A stretch of 64,000 nt of DNA, taken from an uncultured Fibrobacterota bacterium. Its GTDB lineage: Bacteria; Fibrobacterota; Chitinivibrionia; Chitinivibrionales; FEN-1185. Below the pieces are notes generated by a model. The model was not told the origin of the DNA, did not search any database, and saw nothing but the letters and a program-made list of their open reading frames with translations. How positions within the stretch are numbered: position 1 is the first letter of the stretch; the number at the start of each line of letters is the position of its first letter. The DNA is taken from positions 1 through 64,000 of the forward strand of contig CAVWBU010000018.1 of the NCBI GenBank assembly GCA_963753345.1, in the 5' to 3' direction. Positions 1 through 9,030 of this stretch are shown piece by piece. The position numbers and the translations under genes were made by a program.

Positions 1-57
1 GATTGTATTTCATGTTTTGATTCCTGTTGTATTTCAATTTCCTGGTTTATTATTTAC

Positions 58-203
58 GCATAACGTCCGTGTTAATTTGCCAGTGATAAGCCCACCAACT
101 TCTGCCGCGCAAACTTGGTTAATCTATTCCTGAAAACCAAGGTATTGCTAAAAGCAAGGTAGTGGCAAACGCCCACTGGTCAAAATTGAACACGTTGTTA
201 TGC
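58..203 (-). repeat. attC site, class B
   Basis: gcataac...gttatgc; near-identical to 5452-5596. Confidence 0.9.
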
Positions 204-224
204 CTGCATTTTTGATAATTGATT

Positions 225-533
225 TCACAACTTGGTGAACTTTATTGACCCTGTTACTTGAATTTCGTCTTTGGATCGTCCCATTATTCTTGAAATTATG
301 TCTTCACTCAGACCATTGTTCCTGAGTTCCTGAATTAGGAGATCCTTATCAAATCTCATTTGTACGTAGTCATCCTGCCTTGCAATTCGGAATCCACCGA
401 CTTCAATTTGGTGCGGGGATTGGTTAGCAAGCTCGCTATAAACTATGTCGCGTTGAACTAAATATTCATGCTCTTTGGTTTCGTATTCTATCTTTAGTGT
501 CAAGAGCTTTCGCCCCTCATCATTAAAATCCAT
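225..533 (-). CDS. Hypothetical protein (second gene of a two-gene cassette)
   Basis: 102-aa ORF with gagg RBS, directly downstream of the EcsC-like gene and before attC. Confidence 0.75.
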   Translation of the reverse strand: MDFNDEGRKLLTLKIEYETKEHEYLVQRDIVYSELANQSPHQIEVGGFRIARQDDYVQMRFDKDLLIQELRNNGLSEDIISRIMGRSKDEIQVTGSIKFTKL

Positions 534-582
534 TTATTCCTCAATTCTTCCGTTAAAATTAGACTGGTCTCGTTGCCATTAA

Positions 583-1605
583 CTATCCTTCTTTGACTTT
601 GCACCGTTCCTCTTTCTCCAGTAAAAATCTTTTATGGTAAATAAGATTTGCTCCTTCAAGAATTTTATTCATTGTGTAAACATTGACCAACCCGCCAACA
701 AGGGCTGAAACAACAGGGATGCTTCTTTGTGCGGCTTTTTTTGTTAGCACTGATGCAAACTGCTTGAGAATTCCCTGAAGCACACCAGCCTCAAGACCTT
801 TTTGACCTGCCTTTTCTAAAGCTATTTTTGCTGCACCATTGGCCATTGCTCGCAGCTGCACAAAAAACAATTGCACGCCTCCCTCAGTAATCATTTTTCC
901 AAACGATTTGTTTAATCCTTTCTGTAATGCGGCTCCCTCGGCAAACAGCATCATTTTTCCTAGCATTCCGGCTATAGTTTTTCCGCCATTTTCCGCAGAG
1001 GGAGCCAAACACAAGAATAATACTTGCGAAGCAATTTCCAATTCGGCCGGGTCTTCTTTGACATTGTACCCATAGGAAAATGCCACAGATTGAACCGCGC
1101 GGAAGTAGAGGAGAAAGCTTAAGACGAGGTCAATGGGGACGCCAAATATGCCAAAGAATCCGGTTGCGGTTCCTTCTGAGCCGGACGCAGTGATGTTCCA
1201 TACGTTATCCTTTCTCGAAACTTTTTCTGCGCAATAGCTTCGCACAAATACAATTTCCTCATATGTTTCGATTTGAATATCGTGTTTCTGAAATGTCTTG
1301 ATTAGTGCGTTCTTGTCTATGGTATGTTTTGCTATTAGACCGGCTACAATATTTCCACCAGAGGCTGCCTGTTTCAAGGCTTCTTTTATAAATTCAATCT
1401 CGGAGGCCTGCTTGAAGGCATTTCCAGCCATTTCTTTAACTTTGTTTGGTGTCATTTTACCAATGAAATTGGAAGTGACGCTTCCTACAGTTCTAATAAA
1501 TTTGGTTAATTTTCCGGGTGTAGTAAATTTTTCATATTTCTTAGTAAGCTTTTCAATTAATTCAATTTCCTTCTTGTCATGAATTGGAACCGGAATTGAA
1601 AGCAT
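583..1605 (-). CDS. EcsC-family protein (cassette)
   Basis: GFFGIFGVPIDL...SYGY...IPVVSALVGGLVN pattern; ggagg RBS before ATG at 1605. Confidence 0.75.
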   Translation of the reverse strand: MLSIPVPIHDKKEIELIEKLTKKYEKFTTPGKLTKFIRTVGSVTSNFIGKMTPNKVKEMAGNAFKQASEIEFIKEALKQAASGGNIVAGLIAKHTIDKNALIKTFQKHDIQIETYEEIVFVRSYCAEKVSRKDNVWNITASGSEGTATGFFGIFGVPIDLVLSFLLYFRAVQSVAFSYGYNVKEDPAELEIASQVLFLCLAPSAENGGKTIAGMLGKMMLFAEGAALQKGLNKSFGKMITEGGVQLFFVQLRAMANGAAKIALEKAGQKGLEAGVLQGILKQFASVLTKKAAQRSIPVVSALVGGLVNVYTMNKILEGANLIYHKRFLLEKEERCKVKEG

Positions 1606-1669
1606 CGTAACCTCCAAGGGATAATCATGTTTCTCAATTTCTATTGATTCTATTCTTTATTATTTTCAG

Positions 1670-1762
1670 GCATAACGATGAAGCTAACCGTTTTGGAGCA
1701 CGTTCTTCGGAATCTTATATAATGTAAACGTGCGAGAAAACGAGTTTAGCGCCTTGTTGGTT
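1670..1762 (-). repeat. attC site, class C
   Basis: 93 bp; four near-identical copies, always attached to gene-less cassettes. Confidence 0.9.
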
Positions 1763-2000
1763 CTGCGAAAGGCCGGGCGGGATTCTTCTCTGATATCTTT
1801 TTGCCCGCCCATCGTATTTATTCTTACGGCAGCCATCTTATTTCTGTTTCATCGCGCCATTGTCCACATCTTTTCGTGGTGCATGTCAAATTTGATTTAA
1901 TCGATATCATTTCTTTAGGCCGAACGATGTGGCCTTTTTCATGGCGCGATTTTGATTCTCAATTTCCTGGCTGCCGTGTGTATTGCCTTTTGCAAACCAA
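1676..2000 (-). other. Gene-less cassette, family 1 (325 bp)
   Basis: No credible ORF; bounded by gttggtt/aaccaac cores; nested inverted repeats. Confidence 0.9.
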
Positions 2001-2087
2001 CGATGAAGCTAACCGTTTTGGAGCACGTTCCTCGGAATCTTGTATAATGTAAACGTGCGAGAAAACGAGTTTAGCGCCTTGTTGGTT
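1995..2087 (-). repeat. attC site, class C
   Basis: Copy of 1670-1762. Confidence 0.9.
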
Positions 2088-2325
2088 CTGCGAAAGGCCG
2101 GGCGGGATTCTTCTCCGATTTCTTTTTGCCCGCCCATTGTATTTATTCTTACGGCAGCCATCCTATTTCTGTTTCATCGTGCCATTGTCCACATCTTTTC
2201 GTGGTGCATGTCAATTTTGATTTAATCGATATCATTTCTTTAGGCCGCACGATGTGGCCTTTTTAATGGCGCGATCTTGATTCTCATTTTCCTGGCTGCC
2301 GTGTCAATCGCCTTTTGCAAACTAA
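2001..2325 (-). other. Gene-less cassette, family 1 (325 bp), tandem copy
   Basis: Near-identical to 1676-2000. Confidence 0.9.
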
Positions 2326-2457
2326 CGCCGCGCTAATATGCCTGACTACGACCGCATTTTCTCTCCGCAAACCACGAATCTTGTATGAAGAACCAACCGC
2401 CCGCAGACCAATGCTGTTTGCAAATGCGGAAGGTCATGATTTAGCGCGTTGTTAGGA
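2320..2457 (-). repeat. attC site, class A (dominant 138-bp class)
   Basis: aacgccgcgctaatatgcctgac...ggtcatgatttagcgcgttgtt; 17 copies in the window. Confidence 0.95.
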
Positions 2458-2458
2458 A

Positions 2459-3004
2459 TTAATTATCCTTAAGAAGTGGTGTGTTAAACCGCAATTTATT
2501 AGGTTCCTTAAACATGAACACTAAAGTAAATTCCAATTTGCGGTTTTCTATGTTTTGGATTTTAGTTATATCCGGTTTGCCATTCTTATCTATTGAAGGA
2601 AGCAAACATTTGCACCTACTACCAAAATTATATGTTTTAATGAGTTGCATTAGTTGACTGCAATGAATTGTGTCCTTGTATTTTGATAGATTCTCATTGG
2701 TATTTATATTGATTACATTTCCTGTGGAATCAACTATTAAATCATATGAAATAGTGTCGTTTGAACAGCACGTATCTTTACATCTCTTAAAATATTGGTA
2801 CTTAATTTGTTGTTGTTTCATAAGATATTTGATGGTGTTCAAAGTTGAATAACCTGGCGGTCTTTTCATAATTAGTATTTTGACGCAATTACCGATATCA
2901 TTGAAATTGCAACCATCGCATGATGGACAATTATTATTATTTACCGCTAGGATATTCGACGCTAATAATATTAAAATGCACAAGTCAATAGATTTCATAT
3001 TCAT
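2459..3004 (-). CDS. Secreted Cys-rich hypothetical protein (cassette)
   Basis: Signal-peptide-like N-terminus; fills the cassette; YDLIVDSTGNV loosely resembles a TonB-C-like fold. Confidence 0.7.
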   Translation of the reverse strand: MNMKSIDLCILILLASNILAVNNNNCPSCDGCNFNDIGNCVKILIMKRPPGYSTLNTIKYLMKQQQIKYQYFKRCKDTCCSNDTISYDLIVDSTGNVININTNENLSKYKDTIHCSQLMQLIKTYNFGSRCKCLLPSIDKNGKPDITKIQNIENRKLEFTLVFMFKEPNKLRFNTPLLKDN

Positions 3005-3007
3005 TAT

Positions 3008-3101
3008 TCCTAACGTGCGGTTAACCTGCCGACGCGGGAAACGCGACCAAGGGGAGCGTTTGGGCCCCGCGTTCGGTCATGAGTTTAACCGCTTGTTATG
3101 T
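3008..3101 (-). repeat. attC site, class D (94 bp)
   Basis: Interior identical to 17507-17600. Confidence 0.9.
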
Positions 3102-3781
3102 GGCTTTGTTTTTGTCTTTATAATTTCCGCCTTTCTGATTTCGTGTCCAGATGCAATTATTAATTGTAACGTTCTGGAAAAATGCGTATTCTCAACGCTT
3201 GGAGTATCTTTTGATTGAATTGATTTAATGAGGTTTTCCAGCATAGAATCAATTGTCCTTATTTTCAAAGCAATTATTACATTTCTATTCTTAAAGTGAT
3301 TTGCTATTATTTTCGAGTTCTCAAAAGCATTCTGAAATATCTTGGATTTGCTTGTTATCTTGGTGCATAGAATTACGTATTCCAGAATTAATTTCCTACC
3401 TGCCTTTATTCCAAGTTCAGATTTCAATGTTTCAACAAAAGCGTCAGTCCATTTGTTTATGCATAATTCTCTAAATGTGCACCAAGCGTCCCTTTTCCCC
3501 TTTGTCTTTGATGGCTGTTTCTTTATTGCCGTTTCGATTGTGTTCTTATAATAGATAATATTCAAGCCACCTTGCCACGATTTGCAGCTTACGACAATTA
3601 TCCTATTTCGTCTCTTGCTATCAATAACCACAATATCAACATCAGAATGAACCGAATCATCTTGTGAATTATATTTTTTGTCTTTGTCAGATGGTCTAAA
3701 TTTTAAATTGTGCTTGGTGAACAGCCCTTTCTGTTTTGTGTAATAATCTTCGGCAATTTGTTCAAGGATATCTTCTTTCAT
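3077..3781 (-). CDS. Putative PD-(D/E)XK restriction-endonuclease-like protein (cassette)
   Basis: LEQ...SDVDIVVI...VVSCKSW motif; ORF reads into the attC. Confidence 0.65.
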   Translation of the reverse strand: MKEDILEQIAEDYYTKQKGLFTKHNLKFRPSDKDKKYNSQDDSVHSDVDIVVIDSKRRNRIIVVSCKSWQGGLNIIYYKNTIETAIKKQPSKTKGKRDAWCTFRELCINKWTDAFVETLKSELGIKAGRKLILEYVILCTKITSKSKIFQNAFENSKIIANHFKNRNVIIALKIRTIDSMLENLIKSIQSKDTPSVENTHFSRTLQLIIASGHEIRKAEIIKTKTKPHNKRLNS

Positions 3782-3826
3782 CTTAAATTCCTATTGATTT
3801 TGGTTTTGATATGGTTTCAATTTTCC

Positions 3827-3964
3827 ACATAACGCCGCGCTAATATGCCTGACTACGACCGCATTTTCCCTGCGCAAACCACCAATCTTGTATGAAGAGA
3901 CAATCGCCCGCACGCCAAGGGGGTTTGCAAATGCGGAAGGTCATGATTTAGCGCGTTGTTAGGT
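3827..3964 (-). repeat. attC site, class A
   Basis: Class A consensus. Confidence 0.95.
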
Positions 3965-3973
3965 CTTCTTTCC

Positions 3974-4534
3974 TTAGTAGATCTCCAGAGATTTGCTCAT
4001 TTTCCAGTTTTGATATGTATTGTCCTTTTCTTTTATATTCACATTTATTATCAAATGATATTTCCCTTTCCCAATTGGTTTCACTCTATACACCTTATTA
4101 CATAAATGACTGTTGTCTATGAGCAAAGAATCGAAAGCAGTTTTACAGCTTTTATAATTAGGTTTCTCAGGGCAAATGAGGGTGTCTTGTGGATATAATA
4201 ATTCGGAAACAGTTACCTTTTGATAAATAATTTGATTCGGTTTTAGATTAGCCAATATTCGTTCAGTATCCATTACTATCTTTTGTTTATAATTATCTTT
4301 CCGGCCAATTTTGTTTATAAATATTTCGATTGGAATTGATTCCGACTCGAGAGTTATCGTCTGTTTTGATACGTTCTCTATTGTTATGTTTAATTGAATT
4401 GTCGAATCACCACTTATTAAATCTGGCAAATTACTAACGCTATAAACTAGACTGCCAACTTTGCCACGACATGTACTTGCTTGTAAGGCAAAAATGCAGC
4501 TTAGAACCAATATTGTTATAGTTTTTATTTTCAT
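3974..4534 (-). CDS. Secreted hypothetical protein (cassette)
   Basis: Probable start MKIKTITIL at 4534, since the longer ORF-track start lies inside attC; signal peptide. Confidence 0.75.
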   Translation of the reverse strand: MKIKTITILVLSCIFALQASTCRGKVGSLVYSVSNLPDLISGDSTIQLNITIENVSKQTITLESESIPIEIFINKIGRKDNYKQKIVMDTERILANLKPNQIIYQKVTVSELLYPQDTLICPEKPNYKSCKTAFDSLLIDNSHLCNKVYRVKPIGKGKYHLIINVNIKEKDNTYQNWKMSKSLEIY

Positions 4535-4537
4535 ATG

Positions 4538-4675
4538 ACCTAACGCCGCGCTAATATGCCTGACTACGACCGTATTTTCTCTCCGCAAACCACCAATCTT
4601 TTATGAAGAACCAACCACCCGCGAACGAAGGGTGTTTGCAAATGCGGAAGGTCATGATTTAGCGCGTTGTTAGCT
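4538..4675 (-). repeat. attC site, class A
   Basis: Class A consensus. Confidence 0.95.
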
Positions 4676-4680
4676 GTCTG

Positions 4681-5433
4681 TTAGAATGGAGGAAAATAAC
4701 CTTTTGTTAATATGTAACCAACGCCAAGAAGTATAATGGTTACAATTACCACACAAAATACGGGTACCGGTTTTATTAGTCCTCTTTCAACAGGATTGAA
4801 TGCCATTTTTATAACTGAAATTATCATGGCCAATAATAAAACCAATATAAATAGAAGAACTATTGTTAGACCATTAAGTAACTTGCTCTTGCTTGTCAAT
4901 GTTCTGCCGTCAATTGGTGTTCCGGCATTTAATATATGTCCATCAATTGATTGGATTACGTTTTGGTTGCCAGAATAAATTAACTGTATTTTCAATGCGA
5001 ATTTTGGATCCAAATGTTTCCATTTTACCAATATTTCGCCATTTCTATTTAGTTCCAATTGCGGCTTAATAATTGTGTCATCAGTGGTTTTAATTATTCT
5101 GTAACTTATTAATTTAGAGTTGGTGTTTATTGTTATTCTTATTGGCTTTCTGACATCTTCAGGGTCAATCTTGACAGTCCCAGCATTCCAGAATGTTATT
5201 GAAGTTACATAAATGTCATCCAGTATTTTTTGTGAATCAGGACCTAGCACAGTTATCGAATTATTTGAAATCTTATTATCATATATTTTAACTTGATCTT
5301 TAGGAATTGAATAAACAAATTTGCTAATATTTCTTGTGGAAGCCCAAAAATATACTGAGAGACCAATAGACAAAACGGAAATTATTAGGGTGACTATATT
5401 AAAAGGTCGCCTAAACTCTTGCAATATTGTCAT
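4681..5433 (-). CDS. Membrane protein with three predicted TM helices (cassette)
   Basis: One N-terminal and two C-terminal hydrophobic segments; aggag RBS. Confidence 0.8.
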   Translation of the reverse strand: MTILQEFRRPFNIVTLIISVLSIGLSVYFWASTRNISKFVYSIPKDQVKIYDNKISNNSITVLGPDSQKILDDIYVTSITFWNAGTVKIDPEDVRKPIRITINTNSKLISYRIIKTTDDTIIKPQLELNRNGEILVKWKHLDPKFALKIQLIYSGNQNVIQSIDGHILNAGTPIDGRTLTSKSKLLNGLTIVLLFILVLLLAMIISVIKMAFNPVERGLIKPVPVFCVVIVTIILLGVGYILTKGYFPPF

Positions 5434-5451
5434 TTTAACTCCTTTTTAAAA

Positions 5452-5596
5452 CGCTAACGTTGGTGTTAATTTGCCAGTGATAAGCCCGCCAACTTCTGCC
5501 GCGCAAACATGTTAATGTATTCCTGAAAGCCAAGAGCTTTCTAAAAGCAAGGTAGCGGCAAACGCCCACTGGTCAAAATTGAACACCTGGTTAGCC
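5452..5596 (-). repeat. attC site, class B
   Basis: Near-identical to 58-203. Confidence 0.9.
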
Positions 5597-6112
5597 ATTT
5601 TTGATTTCAATTCCGTAAATTTCAAATGTTAGTTTATCATCCAAAGGAATATTGGTTGAAGAAAATAGATCTTCTGGAATATTTAATTTGTCCGATAAGT
5701 ATTTTCTATTTTCATTCCTTTGAATTGTTTGATGAATTGTTGTAATTATGAATAAATTTAATTTTGTTTTGAATCTTGATAACCACTCGAGATCTGATTT
5801 GAAGCTATCTATTTCTTCATTTCCATCTTTTGAATAATATCTTTTCATTTCTATTATAATTTCAGGTATTCCATTTAATATCATTTGTATATCAACTTGC
5901 TTTCGATCATATTCTTTATCTGCTTTAATTACGTGTGGAAAGTCCCTATTTAATGCTTTTAAGCATAAATATTGATAAAATCTTTCATTATCCCATGAAG
6001 TTTCATAATATTCTGGTTTGTTTTGTTTAAATTTAAATGAAGTATAGTAGTCAATTACCGCTGGAAATATATCTCTTGATATTGAGGCAAGAATGGCTTC
6101 TTTTAGTTCCAT
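5591..6112 (-). CDS. Putative PD-(D/E)XK nuclease (cassette)
   Basis: NERFYQ...KEY...VDI...IIIEMK motif; stop codon coincides with the attC core TAA. Confidence 0.65.
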   Translation of the reverse strand: MELKEAILASISRDIFPAVIDYYTSFKFKQNKPEYYETSWDNERFYQYLCLKALNRDFPHVIKADKEYDRKQVDIQMILNGIPEIIIEMKRYYSKDGNEEIDSFKSDLEWLSRFKTKLNLFIITTIHQTIQRNENRKYLSDKLNIPEDLFSSTNIPLDDKLTFEIYGIEIKNG

Positions 6113-6131
6113 TATTTCTCCTATATCTATT

Positions 6132-6272
6132 GGCTAACGGTGAAGCTAATTTGCCCGACCAAGACTGCATATTCTATTCGCACACATCAAATGAATTCCT
6201 ACATGTAACGACTCCCTGCACTCGCCTGCCGCTCGCAACTGTGGAGGGTCAAGATTTAGCGACTTGTTGGTT
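6132..6272 (-). repeat. attC site, class E
   Basis: ggctaac..gctaat...ttagc..gttggtt; unique interior. Confidence 0.85.
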
Positions 6273-6523
6273 CTGCGAAAGGCCGGGCGGGATTCTTCTC
6301 TGATATCTTTTTGCCCGCCCAGTGTATTTATTCTTACGGCAGCCATCTTATTTCTGTTTCATCGCGCCATTCTTAATTTGCCACAGACGACGCGCAGTTC
6401 AGCTGCTATTGTTACTCTCTTTACCGTAATAAGAGCATCATCCGTATTGTTTTATCTTTTTCATGGCGCGATCTTAATTCCCTTTTGTCCTGGCTGCCGT
6501 GTCAATCGCCTTTTGCAAACCAA
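6138..6523 (-). other. Gene-less cassette, family 1 variant (different centre, different attC)
   Basis: Same arms as the 325-bp family; central segment replaced. Confidence 0.85.
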
Positions 6524-6655
6524 CGCCGCGCTAATATGCCTGACTACGACCGCATATTCCCGCCGCAAACCACGAATCTTGTATGAAGAACCAACCGCTC
6601 GCGAATCAAAGGTGTTTGCAAATGCGGAAGGTCATGATTTAGCGCGTTGTTAGGG
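6518..6655 (-). repeat. attC site, class A
   Basis: Class A consensus. Confidence 0.95.
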
Positions 6656-6661
6656 AGCCTT

Positions 6662-7147
6662 TTAATTCAAGCTGTCTGGGATTGTATTATGAAAAGTGCT
6701 TTCATCCCAGGCATCTTCGGGAAATTCCATAAGTTTTACTTTTCTTTTAACAATTTTAACATCTTTAAATCTCAATTGTGCTTCATATCTGCCGGCACCA
6801 TCTCCACCAGAAATTGTTAAAATGTATTCATTATTTTTCTTATCGTATGAAATTGATGCTTTAGTTACTTCGGCTAGATCAAAATAAACCTGATACGGCA
6901 ATTCAATTTTCTGATTTCCTATTTTTAAATTAATTTTGCCAATAATTCTGTATGGTTTTCCTCCATCCATGCCCCACCACACTAAAGTATCTCTTTGATT
7001 TTTTGGGCATGGAACGTTCTGAATTACCATTTCATACGATTTGTCATTTTCAAATTTACCTTTGTCTTTAATAATTGAATTGTCCGGAATTTGAGCATTT
7101 AGTAAACTGCAAAAGACGATTAGGAATAATACTAATTTCAATTGCAT
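6662..7147 (-). CDS. Secreted hypothetical protein (cassette)
   Basis: Probable start MQLKLVLF at 7147 with ggagg RBS; GGDGAGRY motif. Confidence 0.75.
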   Translation of the reverse strand: MQLKLVLFLIVFCSLLNAQIPDNSIIKDKGKFENDKSYEMVIQNVPCPKNQRDTLVWWGMDGGKPYRIIGKINLKIGNQKIELPYQVYFDLAEVTKASISYDKKNNEYILTISGGDGAGRYEAQLRFKDVKIVKRKVKLMEFPEDAWDESTFHNTIPDSLN

Positions 7148-7159
7148 TTTATTTTGCCT

Positions 7160-7297
7160 CCCTAACGCCGCGCTAATATGCCTGACTACGACCGCATTTT
7201 CTCTCCGCAAACCACGAAACATGTATGAAGAACCGACCAACCGCAAGCCAAGGGTGTTTGCAAATGCGGAAGGTCATGATTTAGCGCGTTGTTAGGC
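7160..7297 (-). repeat. attC site, class A
   Basis: Class A consensus. Confidence 0.95.
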
Positions 7298-7312
7298 TTT
7301 CTTATGTATTTA

Positions 7313-8451
7313 TAGTGAGCGTCTTAAATAAAGTTACATAACGAACGGATTTTCTTGGGTTTCCATGTACGCGATCTTGAAAACACCGATTCATCGAGAA
7401 GCTCAAAGTCTTCGTAAAACGTATTGGTTGTTTCTTCGTAGCGCATTGTTTTCCAGAGCCGTTCCTGATAGTTTAGTTCCGGATGATATTTCGGTATGTA
7501 TTCAATAGTGAGTCGTTTATGTTGATGACAGAATTGACGAATTCTTTTCCCTTTGTGCCACCGTGCATGGTCAACCCACAATTCAATTCTTATCTCTCTG
7601 ATATGATAAAGCATGCTTTTAAGAAAGGCGAGAAATCCTGTTGTGTTTCCCCTTTCCGCCCTCATCATACCATGTTTCCCGCTGACCGGATCAACCCAGC
7701 CGAAAACATTCAATCGCTTATGATGTTGGCTTCTCGTCAGTACTGTCGGTTGAGTTCCCTTTTTACACCAAACCCGCCCCAACTTCGGATGGATAGAAAA
7801 GCCCGCTTCATCAGCGAACAGAATCGACTTTTGCGATACGCCCGCCCGTACGAATTGGAGTTTTTTTTATCGTTTGGGTATGCTCCGCAACGCCCTTATT
7901 GGTGGCTTGAGCGAAGCGATACACCGGCTGCCGCAACGAAAAACCAAGCTTTCGAATCAACCGCTGGGCATGTCGTACATGCACGTTTATCCCGTGATGC
8001 TTCTCAAGGTACTCCACAACCACCTTTCCATCCCATCGGGTTCGTTCAACACCATATTTCTTCGGCGAGTGTGTTAGCGCTTGGTCCAAGAACTTCAAAG
8101 TGCGATTATCAAATTGAGAGGGGCGGCCTGGTCGAGGCTTATCATAAACGGCTGAAAGCCCTTCTGCATTCGCTTTATGGCACCACTTTGACGTGTTTAC
8201 CCGTGATATGCCGAGCAATTCAGCAACTCTGGCAGCAGGCCATCCGGAAAGCATTAACAGATAACCAGCAATACGGATACCTGCCCATGCGCCTGGTATT
8301 TCTTCGGCAAGGCCCAACAGTTTCTTCCTTGTTATATCAGGGTGCGTTATCGTTAAAGCTTGCATTAAGCCTCCTTAAGAATGGGTTTTGTATCCTTAAG
8401 GAATATACTCTTTGCAGACCAGCTATGTTATCTTATTTATGTCGTTCGCTA
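7313..8451 (-). mobile_element. IS630-family insertion sequence
   Basis: Imperfect ~30-bp terminal IRs (tagtgagcgtcttaaataaag / cttatttatgtcgttcgcta) flanked by TA; ends ambiguous by 2 bp. Confidence 0.9.
7324..8365 (-). CDS. IS630 transposase (HTH ORF 7811-8365 and DDE ORF joined by a -1 frameshift)
   Basis: RPGRP HTH; A8C slippery run at 7861-7868; after the shift FADEAGF...VDHARWH...PELNYQERLW. Confidence 0.9.
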
Positions 8452-8861
8452 TAGGTTCTTTTACACTCTTGTCTTATTTTATCAATTAGTCTAAAAATAT
8501 GCTTCCAAGTATTACTTCCTTTTATATCGTTTACTTCTAAAGAACAGACCCTTAAGCTAAAGTTATTCGCTCCTATGAAATTGTGGTCAAAACTTGGATA
8601 AGATGCTTTTTTATTATACTTTTCTTTTGAATCTAGCTTTTTATGCAATAAATTAAAATTCAATTTAATTCCAGTATATTGGTCTTTACCTTTAGAATTG
8701 GTCAACGCGTCATATATCCTTGATCTGTAATTTTCTGTTGTTAATTTCCGGAATCTATTTCCAAACCTTCTTATGTCGCTATTGCGCATGGAGGTAGCTT
8801 TCTTTGTTATCCATTCTCTAAATTTGTCTTCGGTCAGATTCATAAAGTTTGGTGCATTCAT
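8433..8861 (-). CDS. Putative HNH-like endonuclease (cassette); C-terminus altered by IS630
   Basis: QYTG...PSFDH...VCSLEVNDIKG pattern. Confidence 0.55.
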   Translation of the reverse strand: MNAPNFMNLTEDKFREWITKKATSMRNSDIRRFGNRFRKLTTENYRSRIYDALTNSKGKDQYTGIKLNFNLLHKKLDSKEKYNKKASYPSFDHNFIGANNFSLRVCSLEVNDIKGSNTWKHIFRLIDKIRQECKRTYSERHK

Positions 8862-8886
8862 TGCTGCTTCCTTTTATTAATTATTG

Positions 8887-9024
8887 GCCTAACGCCGCGC
8901 TAATATGCCTGACTACGACCGCATTTTCTCTCCGCAAACCACGAATCTTGTATGAAGAACCGACCGACCGCGAGCTAAGGGTGTTTGCAAATGCGGAAGG
9001 TCATGATTTAGCGCGTTGTTATAC
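8887..9024 (-). repeat. attC site, class A
   Basis: Class A consensus. Confidence 0.95.
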
Positions 9025-9030
9025 CCTATT

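Noticed and set aside
1801-2225. Small ORFs in gene-less cassettes
   Set aside because: They are on the opposite strand, cross attC boundaries, lack an RBS, and have inconsistent lengths between copies.
7483-8454. 323-aa plus-strand ORF
   Set aside because: Antisense to the IS630 transposase.
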